Origin: Mytilus trossulus
Lineage: Eukaryota
Assembly (NCBI RefSeq): GCF_036588685.1
Contig: NC_086374.1
Coordinates: 65,286,001 to 65,350,000, forward strand
DNA length: 64,000 nucleotides
Reading direction: 5' to 3'
Numbering within the stretch: the stretch's first letter is position 1; each line of letters opens with the position of its first letter. Below the pieces are notes generated by a model. That model was not told the DNA's origin, ran no database searches, and saw only the letters and a program-made list of their open reading frames with translations. Shown piece by piece: positions 12,715 through 24,356 of this stretch. Both the position numbers and the translations under genes were made by a program.

Positions 12715-14169
12715 GTTAGGATGTTTGTGTGTTAGAACAATCACTGTCTATTTCCATTAGTTTTATCACCGTGCTTTTGTCCGTGTGATATTTCACATTC
12801 CTATCATACCATATCACATTTGAAATACATATTAATCATATCAAAGAAGATATTGGTCTTATTCAAATATATCTGCAGAAAAAGTGCATTAAGCATGATC
12901 AAGTTCCATGAAAGATAAAATTTTATTAAAAATGATCATGAAGGATTTCTCTTTCAGATTATCTAGATTTATGTTGTTCTTAATTCAACACAAATCATAC
13001 ATATTTACATTTTTCATTGAACTTGGAATAAATGGTACACCATATATTCATACAAACATAGCCATTACATATGTCGTACATGTTTGTTTGTTTTGCTTTG
13101 TTATGTTTCATGATTGTTTTGCTAAATTGAAAATCTTAAATTTATTTGAAATAAGCAGCTTTTTAAAAGAAATGAGAGAATTAGTTATGTTTTTAATGAG
13201 AAAAAAAGTCTTTTCTTTTCTGATTAAGTGTGATTTGTTTAAAAAAAAAAAAGGGAGATTACTCATCATCTATTTATTTCTTTAGTTTTTACACATTACA
13301 TGATTGATCCTTCCTAACAATGTAATGCACACACATTTATTTGTGTTTGGGCACCATACATTAATCTACACAACATCAAGTTTTTGGGGCTCTGAAGGAG
13401 AGCTGTAGGTTTAAAAAATTCTCTGTTGAATAATCATTATAGAAATTGTCAATTGTTTTAATTCTTTTGAGACATATTCTTGATTCCTTGTTCAAAGCAT
13501 GTGTCAATCTTGGCTCTAAATAATAATTTGAAATGACAAATAATACTTGTGATTTTTTTTTTTTTATATTAATTTAATACATAATTTCATTCCCTTAATG
13601 TGTCATCTGTATTTAACTAAGTATTGCAGGCATGTTTATTATCATGGCTGACTTGGGCACAAAAGTGACAGCATTGAGGATTTAATTATAATCATAATTC
13701 ATCCTTTTTTCATGACTTGGGAAGAACAGTTCTGATACAATATTTACTGTATAAAGCAACATTTATTAGCATCTGAAGATAGCCTTTTGATGTTTAAGCT
13801 AGATTGATACAGCAATGCTACCACAACATAGAATTTAGTTTAAACATATTTCATTGTCCAAAAACATTAACAATAGGATCAGACAACAAATTTTGAACTT
13901 AGAAAGTTTTCTCCATTACATACAAATAATAGATAATTGAACAAATTAAAATATATGTAAATAACATCATATCAAATATTAATATCGAAAGATGAAATGA
14001 ACAAAAATTGAAAGGACATGGCTCATAAATTTCAATATGTTTTCATAGAAATGTAAATGTTAAGGACTAGAGAAGATTCCCTTATATGTAATACATTTCT
14101 TTAACAAAATCAAGTAAAACTAAACTTGCTGTATGGTTAGAAAGTTCATTTTATTTTATTAAATTTCAG

Positions 14170-14683
14170 AGAGACCAAGGTCAAAGCTTAGTCAACATTC
14201 TAGAGCCAGTGTTAGATCACAGGACAAAAGATCTCCACAAAAATCAAAACAGAAACCTGCAAAAGCAACTAAGATGTCAGATGATGATTTGACTCCTAGA
14301 GCTACACCAAATCAAAGTTTCTCAAATAGTTTTAATCGAACCAGTGAACTTTATTCATCAGAGGAGGAAACTCCTCGACCCTCATCTTTAAACAGATCTG
14401 CACAAAAAATGAAACCCATGAAAGCCTTTCCCATAGACCCTAGACCAGATTCAAGGTCAAAGGTTGAAAGACCATCAACTCCAAGATCAAAAGGAGAGAG
14501 AACTCCAACTCCTAGATCTGGGAGAGCAGAAACTCCAGTGAAGAAACAAGATGTTCCCAAAACTGAAATTGTACGACAGACTATGAAACCTGAGGTGAAA
14601 GACATGGCTGCCGGTTCAGATAGTGAAGACACAGTTGAAGAGTCTATAGCAGAGACAACTGCTACTCGAGGGTCAACAGGAAG
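14170..14683 (+). CDS. AKNA: AKNA-like Ser/Pro/Arg-rich exon
   Basis: tttcag| acceptor, AG|gtaaat donor, phase 1-2. Frame of ORF 14274..14687. Confidence 0.9.
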
Positions 14684-15505
14684 GTAAATATCTCATAAAT
14701 AGAAGAAGATGTGGTATGAGTGACAATGAGACAACTCTCCATCCAAGTCACAATTCGTAAATAAAAACCATTAAAGGTCAAAGTACGGTTATTGACACAG
14801 AGCCTTGGTTCACACAGAACAGACATAAAAAAGGGCCACAAAAATTACTAGTATCAAACCATTTAAAATGAGAAACAAGAAACACTTATGACCATACCTG
14901 CCAACCTCTGAAACCTTCAAAGAGGGAGATCTCCCTCTCAGCTATAACAGCTGAGGGAGAGATTTTGCACCCAAGTTCTGACCCACATCAACAAACAACA
15001 ACTACTGAACATGATGCACTGTTTTGTAGCTTGAAAACATATTTTTCCATGAGCAAGGGTGTATGTATCAAACTTTGCAGAACTGTGAATTAATTTATGT
15101 GAAATAAACTTATTTCTATTAATGTAAAACTTCTAATCCTATAGCATTACAAAAGCTTTAACTGTCACAAAAATGTGTTGAATGCCACAGATTCCTAAAT
15201 AGTAATATTTGGTCTAAAGATAATATTTGATGAAGGACACATTATTCTAGTTCAATAAACAGATTCTAATTAAGTATTTGATTTACAAAACTGCACAAAC
15301 TTTCTCTTAAATTTTATCTACCACAAGACTGAATATTTATGTGTTGAAATTGATGCTTTCATTTTCAAATAAAAATCTCAAAATTCAAACAATTAATTGT
15401 TCTTTGAATGACTGTTTAGAATGAATTAAATCTAAATCAGAGATTTAGTGTAATGTGATCTCTGACTAAAACAAAAGCTGCATATACCTTGATGTTTTTT
15501 TGTAG

Positions 15506-16471
15506 TGACAGACTGAAAATATTACAGGATGAAATAGGAAGATTGAGGGAGGAGTTTCAAAAAGCCACAAATCAGCAGCGACAGGCTTTACAACAGCAAC
15601 TGCAACAACCTCAACCTCTCCCTCAACAAACCATTCAAAATCAAGATCAGTATTTTGACCCTACTGAAGACCCCTATGCCTTCATGAGAGGACCAAGAAG
15701 AAGAGCTAACTCATTTTCAGGTGGTCCATCCAGAGATTGGGATGAGTGGTTTCGCTATCCTCTACAACATAATGCAGATGGAGATATTCCACTTGGTTAT
15801 GCTGCAGCTGATTCATATGCTCAGCGTCCTCCTCCGCCCGAAGTATTACCTGAACCACCAAGATCTCGACAGAGAACTCGTAATAGAAGAAGACATCGAC
15901 ATGGAGGGGTGACGATAGAAACTCAAACCATGAATGGTTACGACTCTGACCAATCACCAACAAGAGCAACTGCATCTACTGTAACTGACGACCACTTATT
16001 AGAATATTATGTGCCTAGATATTACACAACAGGGACCCAGCAAACTCAACCGAGGGCCCCTAATATGCAGAGATATTCGTCTCAGCCAAATCTTGCATTT
16101 ACAACGACCCCTCCCCCACCACCAGCTCCACCTATGTCAACTCATATGCCGACAAGCTCTTATGCCACACCTATATCTGCTGGGTACAGAACAAGGAGAC
16201 AAGCACAACAAGTTCATACATCACCTCAGCAAAGACTATATTCTTTTGATGACCTTGATGCAAGGGATCAAGGTCAAGCTCAGCCTGCAGGATATGTGAT
16301 TGTTGAACCTCAGACTGGACAGATACCAAGACCTGCTCCACCCCAGTATTCTATGAGGACTGAGACATGTCCTATGTGTGGGGGATCATCATCCCACACC
16401 CATGGTGATTATATATATGAAGTTCCAGTAGAGAGACCACCAATGGCATATATGGTACAAGGTTCTCCAAG
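15506..16471 (+). CDS. AKNA: AKNA-like large exon (coiled coil LKILQDEIGRLREE, Pro/Gln-rich, CPMCG)
   Basis: tttgtag| acceptor, AG|gtaaga donor, phase 2-2. LQDEIGRLR resembles AKNA LQEEVSRLR (recalled). Confidence 0.92.
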
Positions 16472-17176
16472 GTAAGAAACATAAAAATTAGGACTTAATC
16501 TAAAAGAAACATTTCTCCTACATAAGACAACATTTCCAAATCTTCTGTTTGTTGATAGTTTAAATAAAGGGATGTATGGACTTGGATTGAAGAATAGAAT
16601 AATTAGATTTTCATTTAGTCTGCGACTATGTTGCAGGCTTGACAAAAATCTAAATTTTCCATTCTAAACTAGAGGTAAAGACTAAGGAATGCAGTTAACA
16701 GCATAATACATGTTGTTTTAGACTTTTTGTGAATTGTAATGTTTTTAGACAGTAGATAGATTATAAGTTAACAGAAAGTCTGAAGTATACATGATAGACT
16801 TATCAGGAGGAGGGCAGGGCCTTTTTTTTGGGATGTTGTGATCGGGTATTTTTAAGCTCAGGATTTTGGGATTGATCCTTTTGGGATTGGGGAATTCTTT
16901 TTTCAAATTCCGGGATGTCTGGATTTAAATTTCTTTGAATTCGGGATCTCAAGATTTTATGTTTTTAAGCCCGGATTTCTGGATTAGGACCCCTCCAACC
17001 CCCCTCACTCATTTCAAGAAGACTATAACTTTTTTAATATAGAATTTTGTTTATTAGTATTGGCCTAGTACAAACAGTTTATTCATATCCAATCACGATA
17101 TTACTGTTCCTCATTTGAATGAAATATTTGCAGCAATTACATGTATTGAAAAACATTTGTAACCATGTTTTTTTAG

Positions 17177-17332
17177 AGGGAAACCACCTCGACCAAGAAG
17201 AAGATCTAAATCAGCCTCATCAAGAGTCAGACATTATTCTCCAGATGGCAGAAACAGAGCAAAATATATTGTTAAAGAATACTACACAGAAAGTTCAAGT
17301 GCTGAATCTGAAGATGAAGTTCATGTCAGAAG
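17177..17332 (+). CDS. AKNA: AKNA-like exon (GKPPRPRRRSKS...EDEVHVR), copy 1
   Basis: ttttttag| acceptor, AG|gtattg donor, 156 nt, phase 2-2. The real frame differs from ORF 17119..17454. Confidence 0.88.
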
Positions 17333-17766
17333 GTATTGGTCTTGTGAGAAAAAATGTAGTTTGTTCTTGTAAAATTGGGAATTTAAAAAAAGAAAGTAAT
17401 AAAAATAACAAAATAATCCATGCAAACCCTGACCCCTCCCCTAGAATTAGGTGAATTGAAAGGAAAACTATTTTGTCTTCTAATTCCTATTTCTCAAAAG
17501 GACTTTGACATTGAGGTATGTATTTAGTTTGTAATGTGGTCTTAATTGTCTTGTAAAGGCTTATTGTTGAACAAAAAAAAAAGGTTAGAAACAAGCACAA
17601 ACTTGTATTAACATTTTTTCTTGCAACTTGTAACTTGCCAGATCAACCTGAATTTTATAAATGGCCTTCTAAACATTTAAAGATATCACATAAGTAATTT
17701 CACTTGTCCAGCTTGAAATTGATTTAACTTATACAACAAAATGTAGATGCTCTTTGTTTTCTGCAG

Positions 17767-17812
17767 GGGGAGAAACAGAGGAAGAAAAGGTAGAGGAAGA
17801 AAATACAGAAAG
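17767..17812 (+). CDS. AKNA: AKNA-like short basic exon (GRNRGRKGRGRKYRK), copy 1
   Basis: ttctgcag| acceptor, AAG|gtaaag donor, phase 2-0. The frame stays open past the donor to 18151. Confidence 0.82.
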
Positions 17813-19530
17813 GTAAAGCTAAGGTCTCGTGCTGGGGGTCAAGGTCAAAGTAATGAACCAAACAGTGTTAGTCATGGCAACACTGTGAATATGTCACCTA
17901 ATATCGTTGGCACACTTAGTACTATTTCTCATCTGTCGTCTGCCAATCAAAGCACTTGTAGTCACAATACTGCTGCACTTCCATCTGCTAATCAAAGTAC
18001 TGGTCAACTAGATGTCCATTTTATACCACGTGTCAGCACTCCTGTTACTATAGTGACAGATGTCATTACTAACTATGCTTCAGACTCTGAAGGGGTATGT
18101 TGTGCATGTGCATCTGTTGGCTATATAGATGATGTTTACTTTCGTAGATAGCTATGGTCTTTTTCACTGTTTTTGCCTGTACATACCAATAATGAAATTT
18201 GAAGTCATGCATGATGTTTGAAGTAAAGTAGAAAGTATAGAATATATTAAGTTATGAATGAATGAATGCTCATAGTATGTAAAAATGTTTGGTTGTGTAT
18301 TTTACATGGCATGAATTTCTTTGAGTTATTTTTTATGGTACCATAGGTTTATATTGGTTGAACATTATAAGAACTAAACTAGCAAATACTGCCTTTAATT
18401 TAATTCAAAATCAAAGCAGTAATATAACTTGGTAATATACTGAATTTATTGACCTGCATATATACATATACATTTCAAAAATTTTAAGCCACCAACTTTT
18501 CATCTTTTCTGCATTATTCTGACTGTTCGAGCTAGTTAGTTGCTCTATTTTTGTCCTATGCAATGAAAGTGTCAAAGAAGTGGCATAGAGAACTTAGATT
18601 GTTGGGTGTTAACAGTGGCATCAACATTCAGATTCAGTCTGTTGTTAAAGTTTTTTTATGACAACACTAACTTTCTCAAACTTTCAGGGATACTTGAACC
18701 TATTAAGCTTCTTCTTGATAAATCTGAAGCAAAATTTTGTAAATATTTTTGTTCAACATTCTGTATTTTTGTGGAGTTTGCATCATTTTATGTCCAAAAG
18801 TCTAACAAAGTGATCCATTGTTCTGTAGTGTCCTGCAGCGGAGTCAGCATTGAGTTTCAGTTTGTGATTTCAAACACCAACAACTGTCTAATCTTTACAT
18901 AATTTAAAACAAAATGTACACAGCACTTTTCTCCTTATCAAGAGATATCTTTCAGACCAAAATTTAGATTATTTTATGCCCTGCCTAAGATTATTCCTTT
19001 GTACAATATCCAGCTAGAGGTTTTGTTGAATTAGTTTCCATGATGTTGTGGTTGCAGCAACTTGAAACTTAATTATCATTATAATGTAAACTTTTTGAAA
19101 TATGTGCCTTTTATGGTTTTGACCCAGATTCCATGGTTCACTGAACATGGAAATGTAATAGTTTGGACACTTCTACACTATAAAAGAACCAATAAGATTT
19201 TTCCATTTCCACAGTAATGTTGAGTACTTTTATTGCTAGGCACACTCAGTTTCTGGCTTGCATGTTAGGGTAATGTATAGTGAACTGGACGCCATTCTGA
19301 TTTAACACACAGGCATGTGAAGTCATCAATTCACAGCTGTTAATATTTAACAATCATAAATTGTAATTCATCATAGGCTGATGTCTTTATAATCATTTAA
19401 CATGAAGTCTTTTAAAACATAAGACTTGAAATAGTCAAAGTTGATGTTTTGATGTAATTTAATAATCTGATAATTGAGTTTTGTGTCTTTAAAAATAAAA
19501 ATTGTTGTACATGTACCTAGCTGTTTGATT

Positions 19531-20686
19531 AAAGGAGTAGATCCGGTAAGGACCGATTTTGGCCTCAAATTTAAGTTTCATCTGACGAAAGATTTTGACC
19601 ACTTTTTAAACACTTAAGGGGGCTCGGCTCGCGGGTCTAAATCAATTTTTTTATTTAATATAGGATTTCTCTATATTTTTCTATATATTAACTTTATCTT
19701 TTACCTAATGGAAAAATGAAATAAAAAAATGGGGTCACCGTGCATTTACGCTCACAATCTGCCTTCGAAAAAAGCATACATTTTTGTAAATGTCCTTTTT
19801 TTCTGTTGAACTAACAGGAGAAATATTGGTAATATCGAAATAAAAAAAGAATTAAATAACTGAAATTGGTTAAATTTTACAATTATTCAGTTTATGTACA
19901 GTCTATTTGAAAACAACAATAAAAAATATAGGTCACCGATGAGTTAAAAAAGATATTTCATTTTTAGAGCCAAAAAATAGCATTTTTGCATCAAAGGGAG
20001 ATAATTTGGAGCTTTTTCAATGATATCTAAATTCTAAAAGTCACCTGGGGCCAACATTTTTTTGATTTTTTTGAAAAATTCTTGAACCATAAGATTAAGT
20101 AAAAGCTACTTAAGGTAATTAATAAAATTTGTAAAGAAAAATGATTGTTTCATTTTTTTCTGAAAATCTTATACCCGCGAGCCTCCTCAAGTGTCTATTT
20201 CATATGATTCAATTAATTTATGTGCAAGATTTTAACTTATTTAGTCAATAAAAATGATCCGATTCAAGCTCAAATACGAAATTTCTACCAAATATTCGAA
20301 AAAATGGCACTTTTCAGATGGTTTTTGTCAAAAACGAAAGTGGCTGCATCGTGTTCATCCTCAATCTTTACATATGTTATGTATTATCATCAAATACAAC
20401 TTCCATTTCAATATTTTGGATGAACACGAATGCAGCCACTTTCATTTTACCCGGAAACTGTCTAAAATGTAACTAAAATACTGGAATTGTGAAGATTTCA
20501 GTAATTTAGCACGACTTCATGGTGCTAGTACCCAATATATGTGCATTGTATTGTCAAAAACAGCCCATATTTATGTAGCAGAACCATTCTACTATCCAAT
20601 AACTAAGAAAAAGTTTAAATTTTAACAATTTTGTAAAACTGCCATATTTTGGGGCCAAAAAGAGGTCTAACTGAACCTACTCCTTT
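19531..20686. mobile_element. TTAA-site (Kolobok-like) non-autonomous DNA transposon
   Basis: Imperfect TIR aaaggagtag.../...ctactccttt. Absent at the paralogous site ~39410. Confidence 0.8.
19618..20186. mobile_element. Nested TTAA-site MITE
   Basis: ttaa|ggggg...ctcgcgggt ... acccgcgagcctcc|tcaa. Confidence 0.78.
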
Positions 20687-21315
20687 TCAACAGGGTTTTC
20701 CAAAGGAAAATATGGTTATCAATTTGGTACGGTTTATGGTCTAGCAGCTGTCAACAGTTTTTTTGCAATTACCTTTGATTCATTCTACCAATGTTTTTAC
20801 AAATTTGATATGTTGTTACTGAAGACAAAATGGAGGTCAAGTTAAATACAGATTTTCCCTTTTACCATCCAGAGGTTGTTGTTTTTAACAATTGGCTTTT
20901 TGTGTATTTTCCAACATAGATGATTCAGTTTTTGCCATTCAAGAGTTGTATTGGTTGATTTTTTGGAAATAATGCATAGAATGTGGCAGGTCAAAAAGCC
21001 TGAAATTGTCAATTTGACAGCTCATAATTCCTTGTTCAAATCTCAGTATTAAAGATTGAGAAAAGGAGTAAAGAAAGTTTTGACTACAGAAAAAGTCACT
21101 TTTTCAACACAGTGTTGATTTTCAATTATCTTAGATTCAAATAAATATGATCAACTGTGTGATAGTTTAAATCAATGAAATTAATAATGCTGTTTTGTAA
21201 AAAGCTAATAAACACATTTAATTTTTTTTGTTATACTAACTTTAATGCCATGTAGAATTATAACCAGTAAACTCTTTTGTGGTAGTGTAACTTTTGATAA
21301 AATTAAAATTAATTA

Positions 21316-22153
21316 CCGTATTTGGCCGTGTATAGTACGCATTTATGTATAGTCCGCACCCCCTTTACATTCCCTTAAAATCGAGAAAAAAAGTTTTGTA
21401 AAAAAAAAAAAAAAAAAAAAATTATTGTAAAAGTCTAGTTCACTGTAAAAATCCATTGAAAGAGAGCTATTCTCCATGTATTTTATAAAAAAAAATAATT
21501 ATGTTTTATTTATTTCATAAAAAAATGAAATGGTAGAACTTTTCATCAGGTAGTTAATATCTAATAATTTTATATAAGTAGTTATTAATCAAGAGATTCA
21601 TTTTAAAATCAACATTTGTCTAAGTATGTCCAAGCTGATATATAATATAACAGAAATAATTTGAATATTATGGAACAAAAGAAAAAAGAGATCAAACATT
21701 TATCTAAATTAATTATCAGTAATCAAAATTTTAAAAGTATTTAATCTTATATAATCTTTTCATTGATCATGTTGTTTTATTGCCTGGGATTATAATATTT
21801 AACACCTGTCAAAACTTCACATCATTATTTAATTGCTACACACCCATACTTAATCCTTAATTACCTCTCTTGATTACCTATACAGGATGTCACACCTTTA
21901 CTTTTAATAATCAATTTTGAAAAGGAAAGTTAAAAAGAATAAAAGAATAAGAATTAAATGAAGTAAATACAATAAACGTCTCCAATATACATTGCTGATG
22001 CAGAAAAAACGTAATTAAAAAAAAATAAAAAAAAAAAAAATTTTTTTTTTTAATAAATTTCGAAAACCGTCTATAGTTGTGTATATTCCGCACCTCTTGT
22101 ACAAACTACATATTTAAGGAAAAAAAGTGCGGACTATACATGCCCAAATACGG
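21316..22153. mobile_element. Tc1/mariner (pogo/Tigger-like) MITE, TA TSD
   Basis: ta|ccgtatttggccgtgtatagt...actatacatgcccaaatacgg|ta. Absent at ~40040. Confidence 0.88.
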
Positions 22154-22200
22154 TATAGAGGGTGCCTTGAAGCCAGGGCATAGTATTACAACTACAATTA

Positions 22201-22535
22201 ACAGGCTATTATTTGAACTTGGAATTATTTTTAAATATGGAATTTGCTTGATTTCTTGTTATTGAATTTTTTTTAAAATTCCATGTTTATTCTGTACTGA
22301 AATGTTCTGTGCTGCGCACAAAACTTTCTATTACAAAGAAAATAGTATATTTTCATTGGAATGTACTGTGCTGTGCACAACACTATCTAACCAACATACA
22401 TTGTATGGAAAGTGTTATTAACCGCTCAAAAGATCATAATACCAAATAAACATGGAATTTATTAAAAAAAATTAACACAAGAAATTATGCAAATTCCATA
22501 ATTAAAAATAATTCCATGTTCAAATAATAGCCTGT
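22201..22535. mobile_element. Foldback MITE with long TIRs, TA flanks
   Basis: acaggctattatttgaacttggaattattttt...aaaaataattccatgttcaaataatagcctgt. Absent at ~40087. Confidence 0.88.
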
Positions 22536-23171
22536 TAATAGTACATTTGTACATACGAAATATTGGTATTAATTTGGTTGAAAACTTGTTCCATAACTTG
22601 AACCCTGTTACTTTTCAAATGGCAGTTTCTCATGTTTTTAACTGTCAAGGTTCTTTGTATCAAAGTATGGCTCTCCATACTTTGAATTTATCGTTTCTCA
22701 TTTAGTATTAGGGAATAAGATCCAGGCTGGAAATACAATCTTGACATACGCTTTAAGACAACTTGATAATTTGACACATTTGAAGACTTTAAAATTGTGT
22801 TTTTTGTGAAGTGTATTTTAATGTGTGATTTGACCATACTGTTTTGCTCTTTATGTTTCATTTGTATTGCTAGATAATTTTGTTCACTGTAGATTTATTC
22901 TTTACAATATGTTAAAAATGTATTTTTCTACCATGTCAAATGATATTTATTCAATCATTGATAATAGTAACTATAGATTATTAAATAATGGTAGGAAATT
23001 AATGACATATTTCAGAAAATATATTTTCCTTTCCTTTTTATTGGTAACCATTGTATATTTTTTTAACATAGAAAAAAACATTTTGGTTTAAACAGTATAT
23101 GTTTCTTTTCAATTTGGAAATTGTCTTGACTGCCATTTAAATAATATTAATTCCTTTTTTATTTTTTATAG

Positions 23172-23318
23172 GCTAGATCAGACTATGAGGATGACCTGAA
23201 CCGATCACTTAATTTGACGGAAGAAATTGATGGTTTGACACGAAGAATGATGGACACTGTAGATGGAGAACTAAGACGTGCAGGAAGGAAAAAAGAATTT
23301 CGCTCATCTATTTGGTAG
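23172..23318 (+). CDS. AKNA: AKNA-like terminal coding exon (ARSDYEDDLNRSLNLTEEIDGLTRRMMDTVDGELRRAGRKKEFRSSIW*), copy 1
   Basis: ttttatag| acceptor, phase 0, TAG at 23316-23318. Resembles the recalled AKNA C-terminal helix LNKALSRAVQAAESVRSTTRQMRSSLSADLRQA. Confidence 0.88.
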   Translation, partial: ARSDYEDDLNRSLNLTEEIDGLTRRMMDTVDGELRRAGRKKEFRSSIW

Positions 23319-24258
23319 CACAGGAAAATCTCTTGGAATTATAAAAAAAAAATTGAAGCTGTGATATTCTGATAAGGTTCAGAACAAGATAATATAGTTA
23401 AGAAATAATTAACCAAGATAATGTAGCTCAACAATTAGACATGAGAAACTTTAGTTGATGCCTTAAATACATTAAATGATTGCCCATGACAGTATAATTA
23501 AAAAAAAAGTGCTGGTGCTTTGTATGTATACAAAAAAACTATATCCTTTAGCACCTTAGAATATCATTTGTTTCTACAATACAATATAAAACTTCATTAG
23601 AATTGTATTATGATGAAAGAAGTTGCATTTATAGATGTTTTTTAAATGTTTGACCAATCAACTATATACATTGTCTGTGATATTTTTAATTTATTATAAC
23701 TTATTTATATTGTTTTTTTATGTTTTAAAAAGGATGCTTGTTATTATCTTTTGAATGAAAATTTAATGATATTTCTGAATATTGAAGTTGCAATACTTTG
23801 AGGCAATTAAAAAAGAAAAAATCTCTATTCAGCAAAATGTTGCAATTTCTTTTTTGTATTTAAAAGTAGCAGAATAAATCAGAATATCATTTTCATTTTT
23901 GATCTAAATAACAGACTTCTAAACTAATCTGTATTTTGATTTTTGTATGTGTCTTTTATATGATAAACATTATATGCATAATTTTTAATTCCATCCAGTT
24001 ATTATTTATCCTAGTACATGTATATGTTATAAAGTTTTACATTTTTTCTTTATTTTTTTTATGATGAATATTTTCCATTCCAGATAAACGTTTCAGTTTT
24101 TTTTTGTATAATGTTTTACTTTCTTGATTTTTTTTATCTGATTCCATCCATTTTTTAATGTCTGTGATTTATGTTTTAATCTGTGTTTTATTTTAAACAG
24201 TATATATGTTTGCCTTTACACAATATTTTGTATCTTTTGTTTTCTTTCCGTCCCACAC

Positions 24259-24356
24259 ATATCAGTATTTTATTGTTATTAAGCTGATACACATCCATGA
24301 GGATTTTATATCAGTATTTTATTGTTATTAAGCTGATACACATCCATGAGGATTTT
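24259..24356. repeat. Exact 49-bp tandem duplication
   Basis: atatcagtattttattgttattaagctgatacacatccatgaggatttt x2. Single copy at ~41835. Confidence 0.95.

Noticed and set aside
17119-17454. ORF-track protein (also 36886..37095 and 10549..10788)
   Set aside because: Wrong frame. Splice phases place the real exons in another frame.
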